Source: Macrostomum lignano (lineage: Eukaryota). Taken from it: a stretch of 64,000 nucleotides of DNA. The notes beneath the pieces were generated by a model. That model was not told the DNA's origin, did no database searches, and saw only the letters and a list, made by a program, of their open reading frames with translations. The position numbers were made by a program, and so were the translations under genes. The stretch covers positions 558,001 through 622,000 of the forward strand of contig NIVC01000385.1 in assembly GCA_002269645.1 (NCBI GenBank), in the 5' to 3' direction. Of the stretch, positions 38,144 to 50,143 are shown piece after piece (the first letter of the stretch is position 1; each line of letters begins with the position of its first letter).

Positions 38144-40079
38144 GGATCGTGCAGCAGTTTTTGGCGTTTTCGTCGTTCGGCGGAGTTTTAACAAAAGCTC
38201 TCAGCCAATCGGAAAATTCAGCGTGCGTTATAACAAATCGGCCGCGTGAGAGCTATAAAAGGCGGCAACTCTAACTGCGCTCGAAATATCTCCCGGTTTT
38301 TGTCCTTGCCAAGGCCTGGGGCGCTCAACTTGGCCTGATACTGCCTTCTGGCTCTTCCCCCTACGGTCCTGCCGATCTGATCCTCCTTCCCCCGGCAGTT
38401 TCGTCTTCAAAAGCTAAGTTCCCACTGAGAAGCATCATCAATATCTCCCGGCAGTGATCTAAGAGCAGCAACGACAACCGGCAAGTTTAGGATTGCGGAT
38501 TAAGTGAGAAAGTTAAATCTGGAAGTTAAAGACTTAGCGTTTTCTTTCTTTTTCGCAATGCCAGCTGAGATGAGCAGCTAAATCTAGAGGCAGAGGTCAC
38601 AGTGGACCGGAAGCGGCACAGTTCCCAGTCAATCAGTCGATCTAAGAAATCATTATGTTAAGCATGCAAATTAAGTGCCAGACTGGCGCTTTCGCGCTGT
38701 CTCAGGCAGCTAAGCGGCTAAAACGAGATAAATATTAGTCTGAAGGTCTCCAAAAGTGACAATACATCTACATCATCGCTATCTGTCGACGTGTTAACAC
38801 ATTTAGTTCCAAAAGCGTGCAGTTACGTGTACTTATACATGTACTTCTGGGAATTTGGTAATGAAATAGTACATTTGGTAGTGTATAGAGGCTCGCCAGT
38901 GCAAGAACCCCCTGCAAAAGTCCTCTCTGTCCCTGCATGGCCAATGCGATCTTAGTCCCAGCAGCGTCCGTTCTATTCGGCTATGACTTCGAGATTTAGA
39001 CAGCTAAAAGACTAGATGGCAAATAAGTGCAGTGCCCCTCTAGTCGGAAGTCCGATTTCGATAGCTCCGGTTTGGTGAGCCGGGGGGCACGGACTGGTGG
39101 CAGCGGGTTAGTTAATCTGCGGATTAGCTAATCTCTACCTTTCAAATTCTCCCTGCTTGTCTCTCGCTGTCTTCTCCTAGCTATAGGACCTTGCTGCTCG
39201 CCCACAATCTTGCTACCATGGGGCTGACCATCTGACAGGAGTGAGAGGCCAGAGTTCTAAGTGATTCATTTCTGAATTCTGAGGCCCGAAGCTATATAGG
39301 CTTAGAAAGGCCGAACCCATCAAATTGAAGAGAATGTCAGTTTTGATGAGCTACAGGTAATTTATTCTTTGCTCGAATTTCTACCGAGGAAAAAGCCTCT
39401 ATTTACTACATAAGTGGCTACGTTTACACACAAGCCTTCCTTAGGCTCAACCTCAGGGATCTTAAGAGCATTTACATGTACATGGGCCCTCTCCGGGCAT
39501 GCATGGCTGCTTCTCTCGCCACCGCTTCCTTCAGGGCCAGGTACTTGAGGAGCCGTGCGCGGTGCCCCAAGCTCTTCTGCCGCTCAACAGGCAGTAAAAA
39601 TGCAGAACAATTTATCTGCCACTACCCGGTCTTCACCACTCACTCACCCCGGCCCAACTCTCCGACGCTTGCAGGCCCGAGAGCATATCGATGCTCACCC
39701 GGTACCGCGCTGCAAGCGAGACCGACGCCCCCGGAGGGACATCACTTCGATGGAAGTCATTCATGGTCGCCAGAGGCTAGCGGAATTGGGCGGTCTTCTT
39801 CGCCTCCTGATTGCTGCATCCGCCGGATGATCTCCTCTGCAGCTAGGTCAAACATACTCGTGTGCATACTGGCACTAATCCATGATTGAACATACATGTA
39901 GGTGAAATACTTGCGTGAGTTGCGTCAGTGTCAATACGCTCTTGCTCCAAAATACTTGAGCTCTTGTGCTAATCTCCATTCTAGCCGTGCTTGCTTTTGC
40001 TAGTGCGAGCTTGTTCATGCAACCCAATTTTGGTGCTATTTTTAAAACCTCTACGCGACGGGTGGGGTTTAGAATCACC

Positions 40080-42104
40080 CCTGTTGCTGACGGCTGTCCC
40101 GAAATCGGGACATAGACTATTGAACAGTCGCTAAAGTTGCTGCTGCAGCACCCCCTTTCCCGCCGGTTTCTCTCTGTCGCGACTGTCTTAGTCATTTCTT
40201 AATTTCATCTGCACTTGTCTCTGTTTACTGTTTTTTCCCTTCTTTGTCCAGTTCAGTCTTGTTATTTTTATCTGTTTCCCTCGCTGCCTTCTGATTGGCT
40301 CTTCAACCTCGCCTCTTTTAGTCGCGAGTTCCATCCCCTTTTTTATTATCTTCACTCCCCCCCCCCTAGTTTAATGTCTTTTAAATATATTCGTTTAGGG
40401 CCCTGTCCAATTACAATTAAATAGCCTCTCTTATTTTTCCTGCACTTTCACTCTAACTATATATTTACTGTCTCACTGGCTGCTGCGCTTACTCGCGTTG
40501 TTATTGCCATGGAATCTGAAAACGAATACGCAGCCATTTTCACTGATGACGACTCGCTGGAGTCGCTAAATAGAATCGAGGACGAGTTGATGGAGGAAGA
40601 AGGCGAAGAAGCAGAAGAAGAAGAAGAAGGCATGCAGACAGAGGAAGTTGGTGATGTACCAGAGTGGCACTTTGTTCAGACTGGAATGGATGCTGTGCCG
40701 AATGAAGCCGAGTTTCTGGGAACATTAGGGGTTCACCCAGATTGGAGGCCTCAAGCTTCAGCTGATGGAAACGAAGGAGTTTCTGAGTTTGTACCTCACT
40801 GATGGAATTATTGCAAGCGTGAAAACCTGGACGAATCGTAGGGCGTGGAAGATATTCGAGGAGTGCGCTGACGAAGAGCAGTTGCCGAAGCTGGTAAAGA
40901 ACTGGAGAGATTGTACAGATGATGAGGTGAGGAAGCTGTTCTGTTGATGGGCCTGGACAAAAAGCCGGAGATCAGCAGCTACTGGAGCCAGGACCCTGTT
41001 TTCCATTGCTCCTTTCTGTCCATGCCCAATGCCCTCTCGAGAGATAGGTTGAAGCAGCTGCTTTCCTGCCTTCGTTTCTACGACTGCACGGATGTTCAGG
41101 AAGGGCCCTTGGCCAAGATCCAGCGGACAGGAAGAGCAGCGGAACAAAGACCGTGTATCTCCTGGACACTGCTGGCCAGGCTGCCTGTGTGAACGTGCCA
41201 CGAGTCCGTCGGGGAGGCGAGCAGCAGGTGATCGCGAAGCCAGTGACAGTGGTCACCTACTCGAAGAGTATGGGCAGCGTGGACTGTATGGATTCGGCAG
41301 CGAACCCCTACCTGGCCAGCCGGAAAACGCTGCGCTGGTTTCAGAAACTTGCGTTTTACCTGCTGCTGCTTCTGGTTCGGAACTCGTGGATTGTCTACCG
41401 CCAGCACGGAGGTACCAAGACTTTCGTGGCGTTTCTGCGCAAAGCAGTCAGCATCTTGGTGGAGGAGACTGGCAGGGGCAGGCGCCATTTCGCTGTCAGG
41501 GCAGGCTGTCCTGCAGCAGTCGGACCGGCAGGTGATGGCCCTGCAGTACAGCATTTGCCGACCAAAGCTCCATTGAACGCTGCCCATGTTCGGCCACGCA
41601 ATCAATGCCGCGTGTGCAGCGAGAACCGAATCGCGAAGAAGAGTGTACATATGCCCTGATTGTCCGGGAGTACCAGCACTTTGTATAGGCCAGTGCTTCA
41701 GAAACTGGCACAGCCAACCGTACTGACTGTTACAGACCTCGTCTTCATGTTTTTTTTCTTCCACACCCCCGGTTGACTTTGCTCTCTCCATTCCTAACGC
41801 GCTCCCCTTTTAGTCCCCACCCTTGAATAAAATTTAAGTAAATATTTATGGAGTACCCTTACAAGGAGCTTTCCGTTGCTATGGTGTCAATCAAAAATTA
41901 TCTGTTCTAATCCTGTTTCTGTTCTGTTAGCACTTTCACTTATTTTAAATTAAAGTAAAGCAGTGTGTCCCGTTTTTGGGACACAGCCGTCGGCAACGGC
42001 AGTGCAGCGCAGCTGCAGTTTTGACCATAGAACTTAGTTTTAAGTTTTCGGCTGAAGCAGAAGTGGCTGCTTGTCCCGTATTCGGGACATCCGTCGGCTT
42101 ACCG
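40080..42104 (+). mobile_element. Defective piggyBac element; right end at TTAA, left end unresolved
   Basis: GTCCCG-N4-CGGGAC-type motifs at about 40095, 41966 and 42073; TTAA at 42105-42108. No TTAA found at the left motif. Confidence 0.55.
40509..41726 (+). pseudogene. piggyBac (PGBD-like) transposase relic, frameshifted, catalytic core deleted
   Basis: FLSLYLTDGIIASVKTWTN, ISSYWSQDP..MSRDRLKQLLSCLRFYD, KPVTVVTYSKSMGSVDCMD..RKTLRWFQKLAFYLL and a C-terminal CRVC..CPDC..LC..CF..WH cysteine-rich domain, spread over several frames. Confidence 0.9.
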
Positions 42105-43399
42105 TTAAGCCTAGCTTACTTGAGGTAGCAAATTAGCCAGACTATGTGGATAGTTTGCCATTAGCTAAGGATAGTTTAACATTCTGAGCAGGATGAGAGA
42201 CTTTTCAGGCCGCCGCGATCCGAAATTCAAACCGCGACTTGCAGTCTGGTCATTTCTTTTGCACGAACGAAATTTCTCAAATAAGTGTAACACAAAGTGA
42301 AAAAATTAGAAAACTACTTGGACGATTTGACCTTTCAAAACTGCACTAAAATGCGTGGCGCAACAGCCAAATTACCGGGTGACATCGGTCGAGAAAAAAG
42401 CTTTTTTATTTGTTATTCGGACAAAAAATAATTATAGCTCTCAATAAACGCAAAGGTAATGTGCCGCTTGGATAGAAAAACTTTATGCAGCTACGCAAAA
42501 ACAACTGAAGTAATGCGCGCAACATAGAGCTGCCCGCAAAAACTTCAGCTACACAGCAACTACAAACCGCTGGTACAGGACTGCGCATCGCCAGGGTGTG
42601 AGTCCCACGAACACGCATCACTTCAGACAATCGTTCAGGTAATAAACATAGTTATTAAATAACCCTCACTTTGCCACTGTTCGTTAAGGTCGAAACGGAA
42701 CCGGACTGGATGATAGCACGCGGAGCAGCGATCGTCGGCCGCTTGAGCCGGCGGTCACTGCAGCCGAAGCGGCAGGCAGCAGCAGTCCTGCGAAGCGGCG
42801 GTCAGCCGCGGCAGCAGACAGTCCTGCGATCGTCCTCCGCTTGAGCCGGCGGTCACTGCAGCCGAAGCGGCAGGCAGCAGACAGTCCTGCGATCGTCCTC
42901 CGCTTGAGCCGGTGGTCACTGCAGCCGAAGCGGCAGCATTTATCGGATCCTTGCAAAATAGAATTTCTTTTCTGGCATTCCAAATCCCAAATGGCTTTCA
43001 TAAACGCACAGTTCCCCGTTGGAAAGCCGAATACAAAGTGCGGCGTCAGCGTTAGCTGACTCGCATGTACGCACCTGAAATGGTGAGAGTGAAGCGTCTG
43101 AAGTAAATAACGATGCATAGTGTTATATTTTTAAATAATACCGAAACGAAACAATCTTCTCAGTTTTGAACATAAATGGAGACAGTACTCAAGGGCACAG
43201 TGGGAGATAGCCTGGAAGTGGTTGCCATGGAAGGGGGAGCGCTGCCTGGGAGGGGTAGAGTGGGAGAGGAGCCTGAGAGGGGTTGAGTAAGAGGGGTAGC
43301 CTGGCAAGAGTAGCCAGGAAGGGTAGCCTGGGAGCGCTGTCTGGAAGAGGTTGAGTGGGAGATGAAGCCCGGAAGGGCTGCCTGGGAGGGGTAGAGTCC

Positions 43400-44330
43400 G
43401 GTTAGCCTGGAGGGGCTGTCTGGGAGGGCTGTCTGGGAGGGCTGTCTGGGAGGGGTAGCCTGTGAGAGGTAGAGTGGCAGGGTGTGGGAAATGACAGCAG
43501 GGTATGGGGAAGGCCGGCAGGGTGTGGGGAAGGGTAGCAGGAAATAGGGAAGGCCAGCAGTAGGGAAGGCTGACAGGGTGTGGGGAAGCCGGCAGGGTGT
43601 GGGGAAGGCCGGCAGGGTGTGGGAAAGGGTAGCAGGAAATAGGGAAGGCCAGCAGTAGGGAAGGCAGGCAGGGTGTGGGGAAGGCCAGCAGTAGGGAAGG
43701 CAGGCAGGGTGTGGGGAAGGACTGCAGGGTGTGGGGAAGGGTAGCAGGGAGTAGGGAAGTCCAGCAGGAAGTGGGGAAGCCGGCAGGGTGTGGGAAAGGG
43801 TAGCAGGGAGTAGGGAAGGCCAGCAGGAAGTGGGGAAGCCGGCAGGGTGTGGGGAAGGCCGGCAGGGTGTGGGGAAGGGTAGCAGGAAATAGGGAAGGCC
43901 AGCAGTAGGGAAGGCAGGCAGGGTGTGGGGAAAGACAGCAGGGTGTGGGGAATGCCAGCAGGGAGTGAGGAAGGCCTGCATTGATGGGGAAGGACAGCAG
44001 GGTGTGGGGAAGGGTAGCAGGGAGTAGGGAAGGCCAGCAGGATGTGGGGAAGGACAGCAGGGTGTGGGGAAGGGTAGCAGGGAGTAAGGAAAGCCAGCAG
44101 GGTGTGGGGAAGGACAGCAGGGTGTGGGGAAGGGTAGCAAGGAGTAGGGAAGGCCAGCAGGATGTGGGGAAGCTGGCAGGGTGTGGGGAAATCTAGCAAG
44201 GAGTAAAGAAGGCTGGCAAGGGTGTGGGGAAGGACAGCAGGGTAGGGGAAAGACAGCAGGGTATGGGGAAAGACAGCAGGGTGTGGGGAAGGCTAGCAGG
44301 ATATGGGAAAAGCCAGCAAGGTGTAGCCAT
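43400..44330. repeat. G-rich reverse-complement copy of the arm satellite, right arm
   Basis: GGGTGTGGGGAAGG.. units, shorter than the left-arm array. Confidence 0.92.
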
Positions 44331-46816
44331 GTGGGAAGGCCAACAATATACAATGAAGGCCAAGCAGGATACATTGAAGAGCAGCAAGGTTTGTGAAAGA
44401 CAGCAGGGTATGGAAAAGGCCCATAAAAGACAATGAAGGGCAGCAAGGTATGGGAAAGGCTTGTATTGATAAGAAAAGGTAGCAAGTGTTGTAGGAAGGC
44501 CATCAGGGTAAGGTATGGTAAAGGGCAGTAGGGTGTAACCATGTAGGGAAGGCTAGCAGGTTATGGGGAAAGGGAAGGTTAAAAAAATATAGAACCTCTA
44601 AATACTAAATACTAATTTCAGGCTTAACCTATAACATAAAATAGTAGAATAGAACCCAATTTATCAATAAAATAAAAAATAAAAAATAAAAAATACATCC
44701 ATTTATGGAATATATATAATAGGCTATTAGTATAGTATATTAGAACCCTAAATTATGGTTGTTCAATATATCTATCAATATAGCTAGCTTTACTAAATAG
44801 TTTCTCTCCTAAACTCAGGATTCAGGGTTCAGAAAAAAGAATATTGAATATATAGCCCTAGGCCTAGCTTAGTCACACAGTTATTGCATTCAGTTACAAA
44901 ATTGTGCATATGCCTAGCTACAAACTGAAACTGAGCGCCATCCAAGTTCACTTATTGAACTTTAAGTCGAGTCGTATTGTTCTCCTGTTCTAATATTAAT
45001 TCGCTGGGCCTATTAATATTGTGGAAATAATAAACAGCTAGTACTTAGTAGGCCTACATAAAATAATGTTAAATGTTAACACTTACACTTGTAACTAAGT
45101 CATCCTGACCTAATATTTATCTAGCATTCTAGTGACACTAAAATACTGTACTAGAGAATAGTAGCGTAGTAGGTTAGTAAAATCGCTAGGCCTACTTTGC
45201 ATTAGTGAACTAAAAAATAAGCAGAAACGTCTGTTCAAATTTGTGCCATATTTGGCCCTTGTGCGCATAAAAAAGGCGGTCTATAGCATGCTACTGTATC
45301 ATATAGCATGATACGGACTGCCTTATAGGCGGTTTTTGCCGTGTTCTATACCGCCTAACGTGTATATACGGCTGCTCGATGAGAATCACCCAAAGGAAAA
45401 ACGGTTAGTTAACTGCTTTCGTAAGAAAAAGAGAGCAACAAAATATAACTCTAAATAATTTGTTGACAGCTTGTCGGCTTGGCTTATACAGACATAAGTA
45501 TTAGCAAGTAAGAGAAAGATAATTATAATGCTTCTTGCTGGAGAAGCCGGAAGTTTACTTTTACGAAGTTAACTTTACAAATAGAAATCGATCAGACGAT
45601 CACTTCTTTTGGTAATGGTAACTGTAGCGAGCAACTCTAGCTGGTTGTTGCAAGTGTTAGTTAGCCACTCAAAAAAGGTAGAGAAATAGAATGTGGCTAT
45701 GCCTGTATATTTATTGTCTGGTAGAACACAGATTTCCGGTTCATTGAGTGCATGTTGGGATGTGCTCGAGCAGAGGGAAGTGCATGGATAGGCTGGATGG
45801 CGGTCACGGAGTGCAAACTGGGTGCCCGAACTGCCTGTTGCGCATGCTACAGTAACTTAGACAGCGTGACATTTAATAGAAACTCTTCCGATCTGTTTAG
45901 ATTCGTGGATATGCAAAGATACGTTTTTACCAGCTTGACGGAAGTAAAAGTGCGAAGCTGGACGTAGTTTGAAATTCACAGCGTCAGGTCTAGATAAACT
46001 TTAGTCCAATGCTTACATGAAGATGAACTGGTACCCTTAATGTACTATAATATTGATAACTTTTGTTAGGCAACCTTGAAATCTTACTGTACTTTACAAT
46101 TTACATAATACTAAGGACCAGTGCATGTATACAGAGGTTCTTGACATAATCCAAATATTGCAGTACATGTGATGATGTACATTTACAGTAATGAAGAACT
46201 ACCTGTAGCTGCTCCTTCAATGGACACAAGCCTATTATAAACTTGCAAAGATGTGCATGAGCAAGCACTTAGTATTACAGCTGTAAACATGAATTCTGCA
46301 GACGTCGGGGGAGAAGATGGGCGCAAGACGCTTGGGCTGGTATAAGGAGGGTGGCAAAGCCGATGGGGTCAAGGACTACTTAAGTAACATATAGGACGCT
46401 ACACTCGAAATCTATGGTAAATGTTTTGAAGGCAACTTTTCTCCGAAAAATACACTGTACAGAGACAGGTTTTAATTTTTTAAGCACAAAAATTGTTTTT
46501 GCTTTTGATGGGAGGCAGATCCAGTGTTCATCTTTTGATATGTTGTGCCTTTCTTATTGCTCTATCGATATTTATAAAGCTTTTTGTTCAGAAATAGTTT
46601 TAAAAGCAGGTTTCACCGGAAAAATACACTACGGAGATAGGAAATTTCACGATTTTCAGCACTAAAACATGCAGTGATTGGGTCTTTTTAACAGTGTCAG
46701 AGAAAGTTCTAATCACACTATTTTGTGCCTCACATGCTGCTCTAACGACGCATTGATCGATTTTTCATGTTAAATTGGTCTGTCACTTGAAAAAAACGTT
46801 AAAAATTACGAAGAGC

Positions 46817-46867
46817 AAGAGCTTGCGTGCACGGCAGCCGTTCACGTAAGCTCAGAATTGCGTGCAC
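46817..46867. repeat. 51-bp inverted repeat, left arm (partner 53077-53127)
   Basis: AAGAGCTTGCGTGCACGGCAGCCGTTCACGTAAGCTCAGAATTGCGTGCAC matches the reverse complement of 53077-53127. Confidence 0.85.
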
Positions 46868-47120
46868 TGCACGGCGGCTATCTACCTAGTGCTTTATTTG
46901 CATGTATGGCAGCCGTTCATCTAGTGTTGAAATTGCGTGCACGGCAGCCGGTAAATGGCCAGGACTGGGGCCCTTAAATTAAACAATAACTAATTAAAAA
47001 GTTATTGTTACTATATTGTTTTATGTTTTATCCCACGTACACCATGTACACCCAATGTAATCTTAATTCATTGCTTTTTTGTTAATTTGAATATTATTCG
47101 AATAGCTATGACTTACTGTA

Positions 47121-47143
47121 TCTCTACCTATAAAAATCAAAAC

Positions 47144-47180
<37 letters not shown>

Positions 47181-49179
47181 GGACAAATTACTTCGCTATG
47201 GACTCCCAAACCGCTCAACCAAATGACACCAAACTTTACACCCACCCTAAACTTACTACGGAGAATGTCTTAGGCTACCTTTAAATTTCCTAGACTCAAG
47301 TCTTCCTACCTAAAAGTACAAAAAACTGCTCAAAATGCGCGATTTTTTCACTAAATCCTCCATAGCGCCGCTCCACTTCTACCGATTCTCTTCAAATTTG
47401 ACACAGATAATCTTTAACTATTTTGGCACAATCATGTAAAATTTTGAGTCTCAAAGTTAATCCTGAGCGGTGCTGTGCACTTTTAAAGTTAGGCTGTTTT
47501 TTTCAGCGTAGCAACCACCCCAACCTCCGCCCGCCTGCCTCTCTTTCCCGATCCCGATCTGGGCCCAGATGTGTAAAATGGGTTTCAAAATTGACTAACT
47601 TTCAGCTGCCATAAGTTTGCTCCACGTGAAGCGATTGACTTTAAGCTTCACACAATTCTTCATTGACTCATTCTCTGTCTAAATGTAGAGTTACAACTCT
47701 CTAACTCTTTCAGAAAAGAAACTGTAAGCGTGTGAAGTTTGTCTGCTTTTTCTGTTGTTTGTGCCACTCACTCACTCATTCCCCCAGAGCCAGACGAAGG
47801 ATCAGGCGATAGGACTGAATGTACATAGCAAATGTACAGTGTTTTGGAATAACTTTTTTATAGCCTTCTCGCACCCCGAGAGTGGAGAGGCTAGGTTTAG
47901 CCATAACAGTTTAATTAGTGAGAAATTCTAATCACTGCCCTCCCCTCCTCTGTATTGGCAAACTCTGCAGCAGTTTAACAGTGGATGGCAATTGGCAGAT
48001 CGAGGGAATCCAGCAAAAAAGCGAAAGCGAAAAGCGGTTTGTAAAAGCGAAAGATTTATGAAAAGGCGATGCGATGCAATGCAATACAACCCTACTAAAT
48101 TAGGCACACCCATGGAAATTTTAGGTTTCTTTTAAAGGTAGTGTGTAAATTTTAAATGGCCTCCTAAGAAATGCGTATTTCCTTGGTTGTTAGACTGATG
48201 CAGACTGCAGTGGAGCTGAAAATACAAAAATTCCTTTCAGGGCTGCAAATTGGCAAGAAAGATGACGTGATCAAAGCATGAGAACAACGATGAGAGTAGT
48301 ACGTCCCACAAACTGGCTTTCGAAGCAGGGATCGGCAGACTTTTACTTCAAAAGCCAGAAAAAGAATCCAGCTTATGTGCGGGCCAGATGAGAGTGGAAA
48401 GGAGAAGGAATAGACTATTTAGAAGAGAGGAGAGGCGAGAGGGGGATAAAGAAAACATGGAAGATAAGAGGGGAGACAAGTGGTGAGGAGAGAGCAGAGA
48501 AGAAGGGAGGAAGAAGCGAGAGGAGGGGAGAAAGGAGGGAGAGGAAAGAGTAAATGTGAGAAGAGAGGAGAGATGAGACAGAGGATCGATGAGAGGAGAA
48601 TAGAGAAGAGTGAGAAGAGAGTAGAGATGAGTAAATGTGAGAAGAGGGTAGAGATGAGACAGAGGATCGATGAGAGGAGAATAGAGAAGAGTGAGAAGAG
48701 AGAAGATATGAGAGAGCAGAAAGAAGATGACAGAGGGTCAAGAGGAGAGGAGAGATTAGAGAGGAGAGAGTAGAAAGGATAGAGAAGAAATGAGATAAGA
48801 GGGGGAGAGAGGAGTGAGAAGAGAAGAGATAGAGATAAGAGAGGGGTGTAAGAAGAGGGGAGAAAGGAGAGATGAGATTGTAGAGATGAGACAGATTAAA
48901 GGAGAGATGAGAGAGTAAAGATGAGAGATGAAAAAGGTGAGAGGAGAGTGCAGAGAGACGAGAGCAGACAAGAGAGGGAGACAGTATAGAAGAGGGAAGA
49001 GAAGAGAAGAGGAGAGGAGAAAGGAGAAAGGAAAGAGAGGAGTCAGAAGAGGTGAAAGAGAAGAGTACAGAGGAGATAAGTGAGAGAACGTATAAGAGAG
49101 TAAAGATGACAGATGAGAGAGAAGAGATGAGGGTGAACAGACGAGAGACGGGAGAGGAGAGATAAGAGAGAGAGAGAGG

Positions 49180-49222
<43 letters not shown>

Positions 49223-50143
49223 GAGCAGAGAGAAACGAGAAGAGATAAGAGAGAAAAGATAAAAGAAGAGAAAGGAGAGATGAAAGAGCAGACGAGAGAG
49301 AAGAGAGGTGAGGGAAAAGACGAGCGACGAGGGGAGAGAGAAGAGATAAAACAAGAAAAGAGATAAAAGGAAAGAGAGAGAGGAAAGAGGTGAGGGAAGA
49401 GACGAGAGAAGAGGGGAGAGATGAGAGAGAGAGGAAAGAGGAGAGAGGAGAGATGAGAGAGTAAAGGAGAGAGTTAAGAGATGAGAAAAAAGAATAGAGA
49501 GGAGAAGGAAGAGACGAGAGAAGAGGGGAGAGAGGAGAGAGGAGAGGAGAGAGAAAAGAAGAGGGAAGAGATAAGATAAGAGATATGAAAGAGAAGAAAG
49601 ATGAGGGAGGATACGAAAGAAGATGGGAGAGAGGAGAGAGGAGAGGAGAGGAGAGAGAAAACGAAAGAGTTGAGAGGAGAGAGGAGAGCAGAGAGAAAAC
49701 GAAAAGTAGAAAGGAGAGAGGAGAGGAGAGAGAAAAGAATAGGGAAGAGATGAGGGAAGATACGAGAGAAGAGAGGAGAGAAGAGAGAGGAAAGAGTAGA
49801 GACGAGGGATGAGAGAGAAGAAAGGAAACAGAAGAGACGATAGAAATTTTAAAGGATCCAAGGGACATAGGGAGAGTCAGGGAGAGGCCAGAGTTTGCCA
49901 ATACATGTTTTAGAGTCAGACAGACATTGCCTGACATTCTGCGGAGTACCCCCAGCCAACAATATCAATGTTTGCCTCAAACCCTAATTTTACACGAATG
50001 TGCTCCATTTTATGTCCACCTCTATCTTACTAACTATTAACAAGTTTTTGTTTGTGTATTGCCTTAGATTTCAGAATACATGCAAAAGTAGTTCCAGGGA
50101 TTGGAATTCCCCGGGTTCAAAATCCGCGGGTTTCAACAGCTTG
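47121..50143 (+). mobile_element. Non-autonomous Helitron-like element, copy 1
   Basis: A|TC start, (TCTG)n near the 5' end, subterminal GC hairpin CCCGGGTTCAAAATCCGCGGG, CTTG end; GA-rich cargo at about 48400-49890. Confidence 0.8.

Larger units (their letters stand above)
31738..45362. mobile_element. ~13.6-kb foldback element with multi-kb inverted arms (superfamily unresolved)
   Basis: CACGTTAGGCGGTATAG at 31738 and its reverse complement ending at 45362; TATATA on both flanks; arms 31738-36261 and 42709-45362 match as reverse complements with few substitutions in the unique outer ~0.8 kb. Confidence 0.85.

Noticed and set aside
42940-43118. THAP domain implying a P/Galileo transposase
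   Set aside because: Only FxFP..W similarity; the C2CH ligands are not in place and the flanks show no 7-8-bp TSD. Kept only as a remark in a finding.
31738-45362. Polinton/Maverick or Transib identity for the foldback
   Set aside because: No polymerase, integrase or capsid ORFs and no AG...CT ends; 5-bp flanks (ATATA vs TATAT) do not match a Transib TSD.
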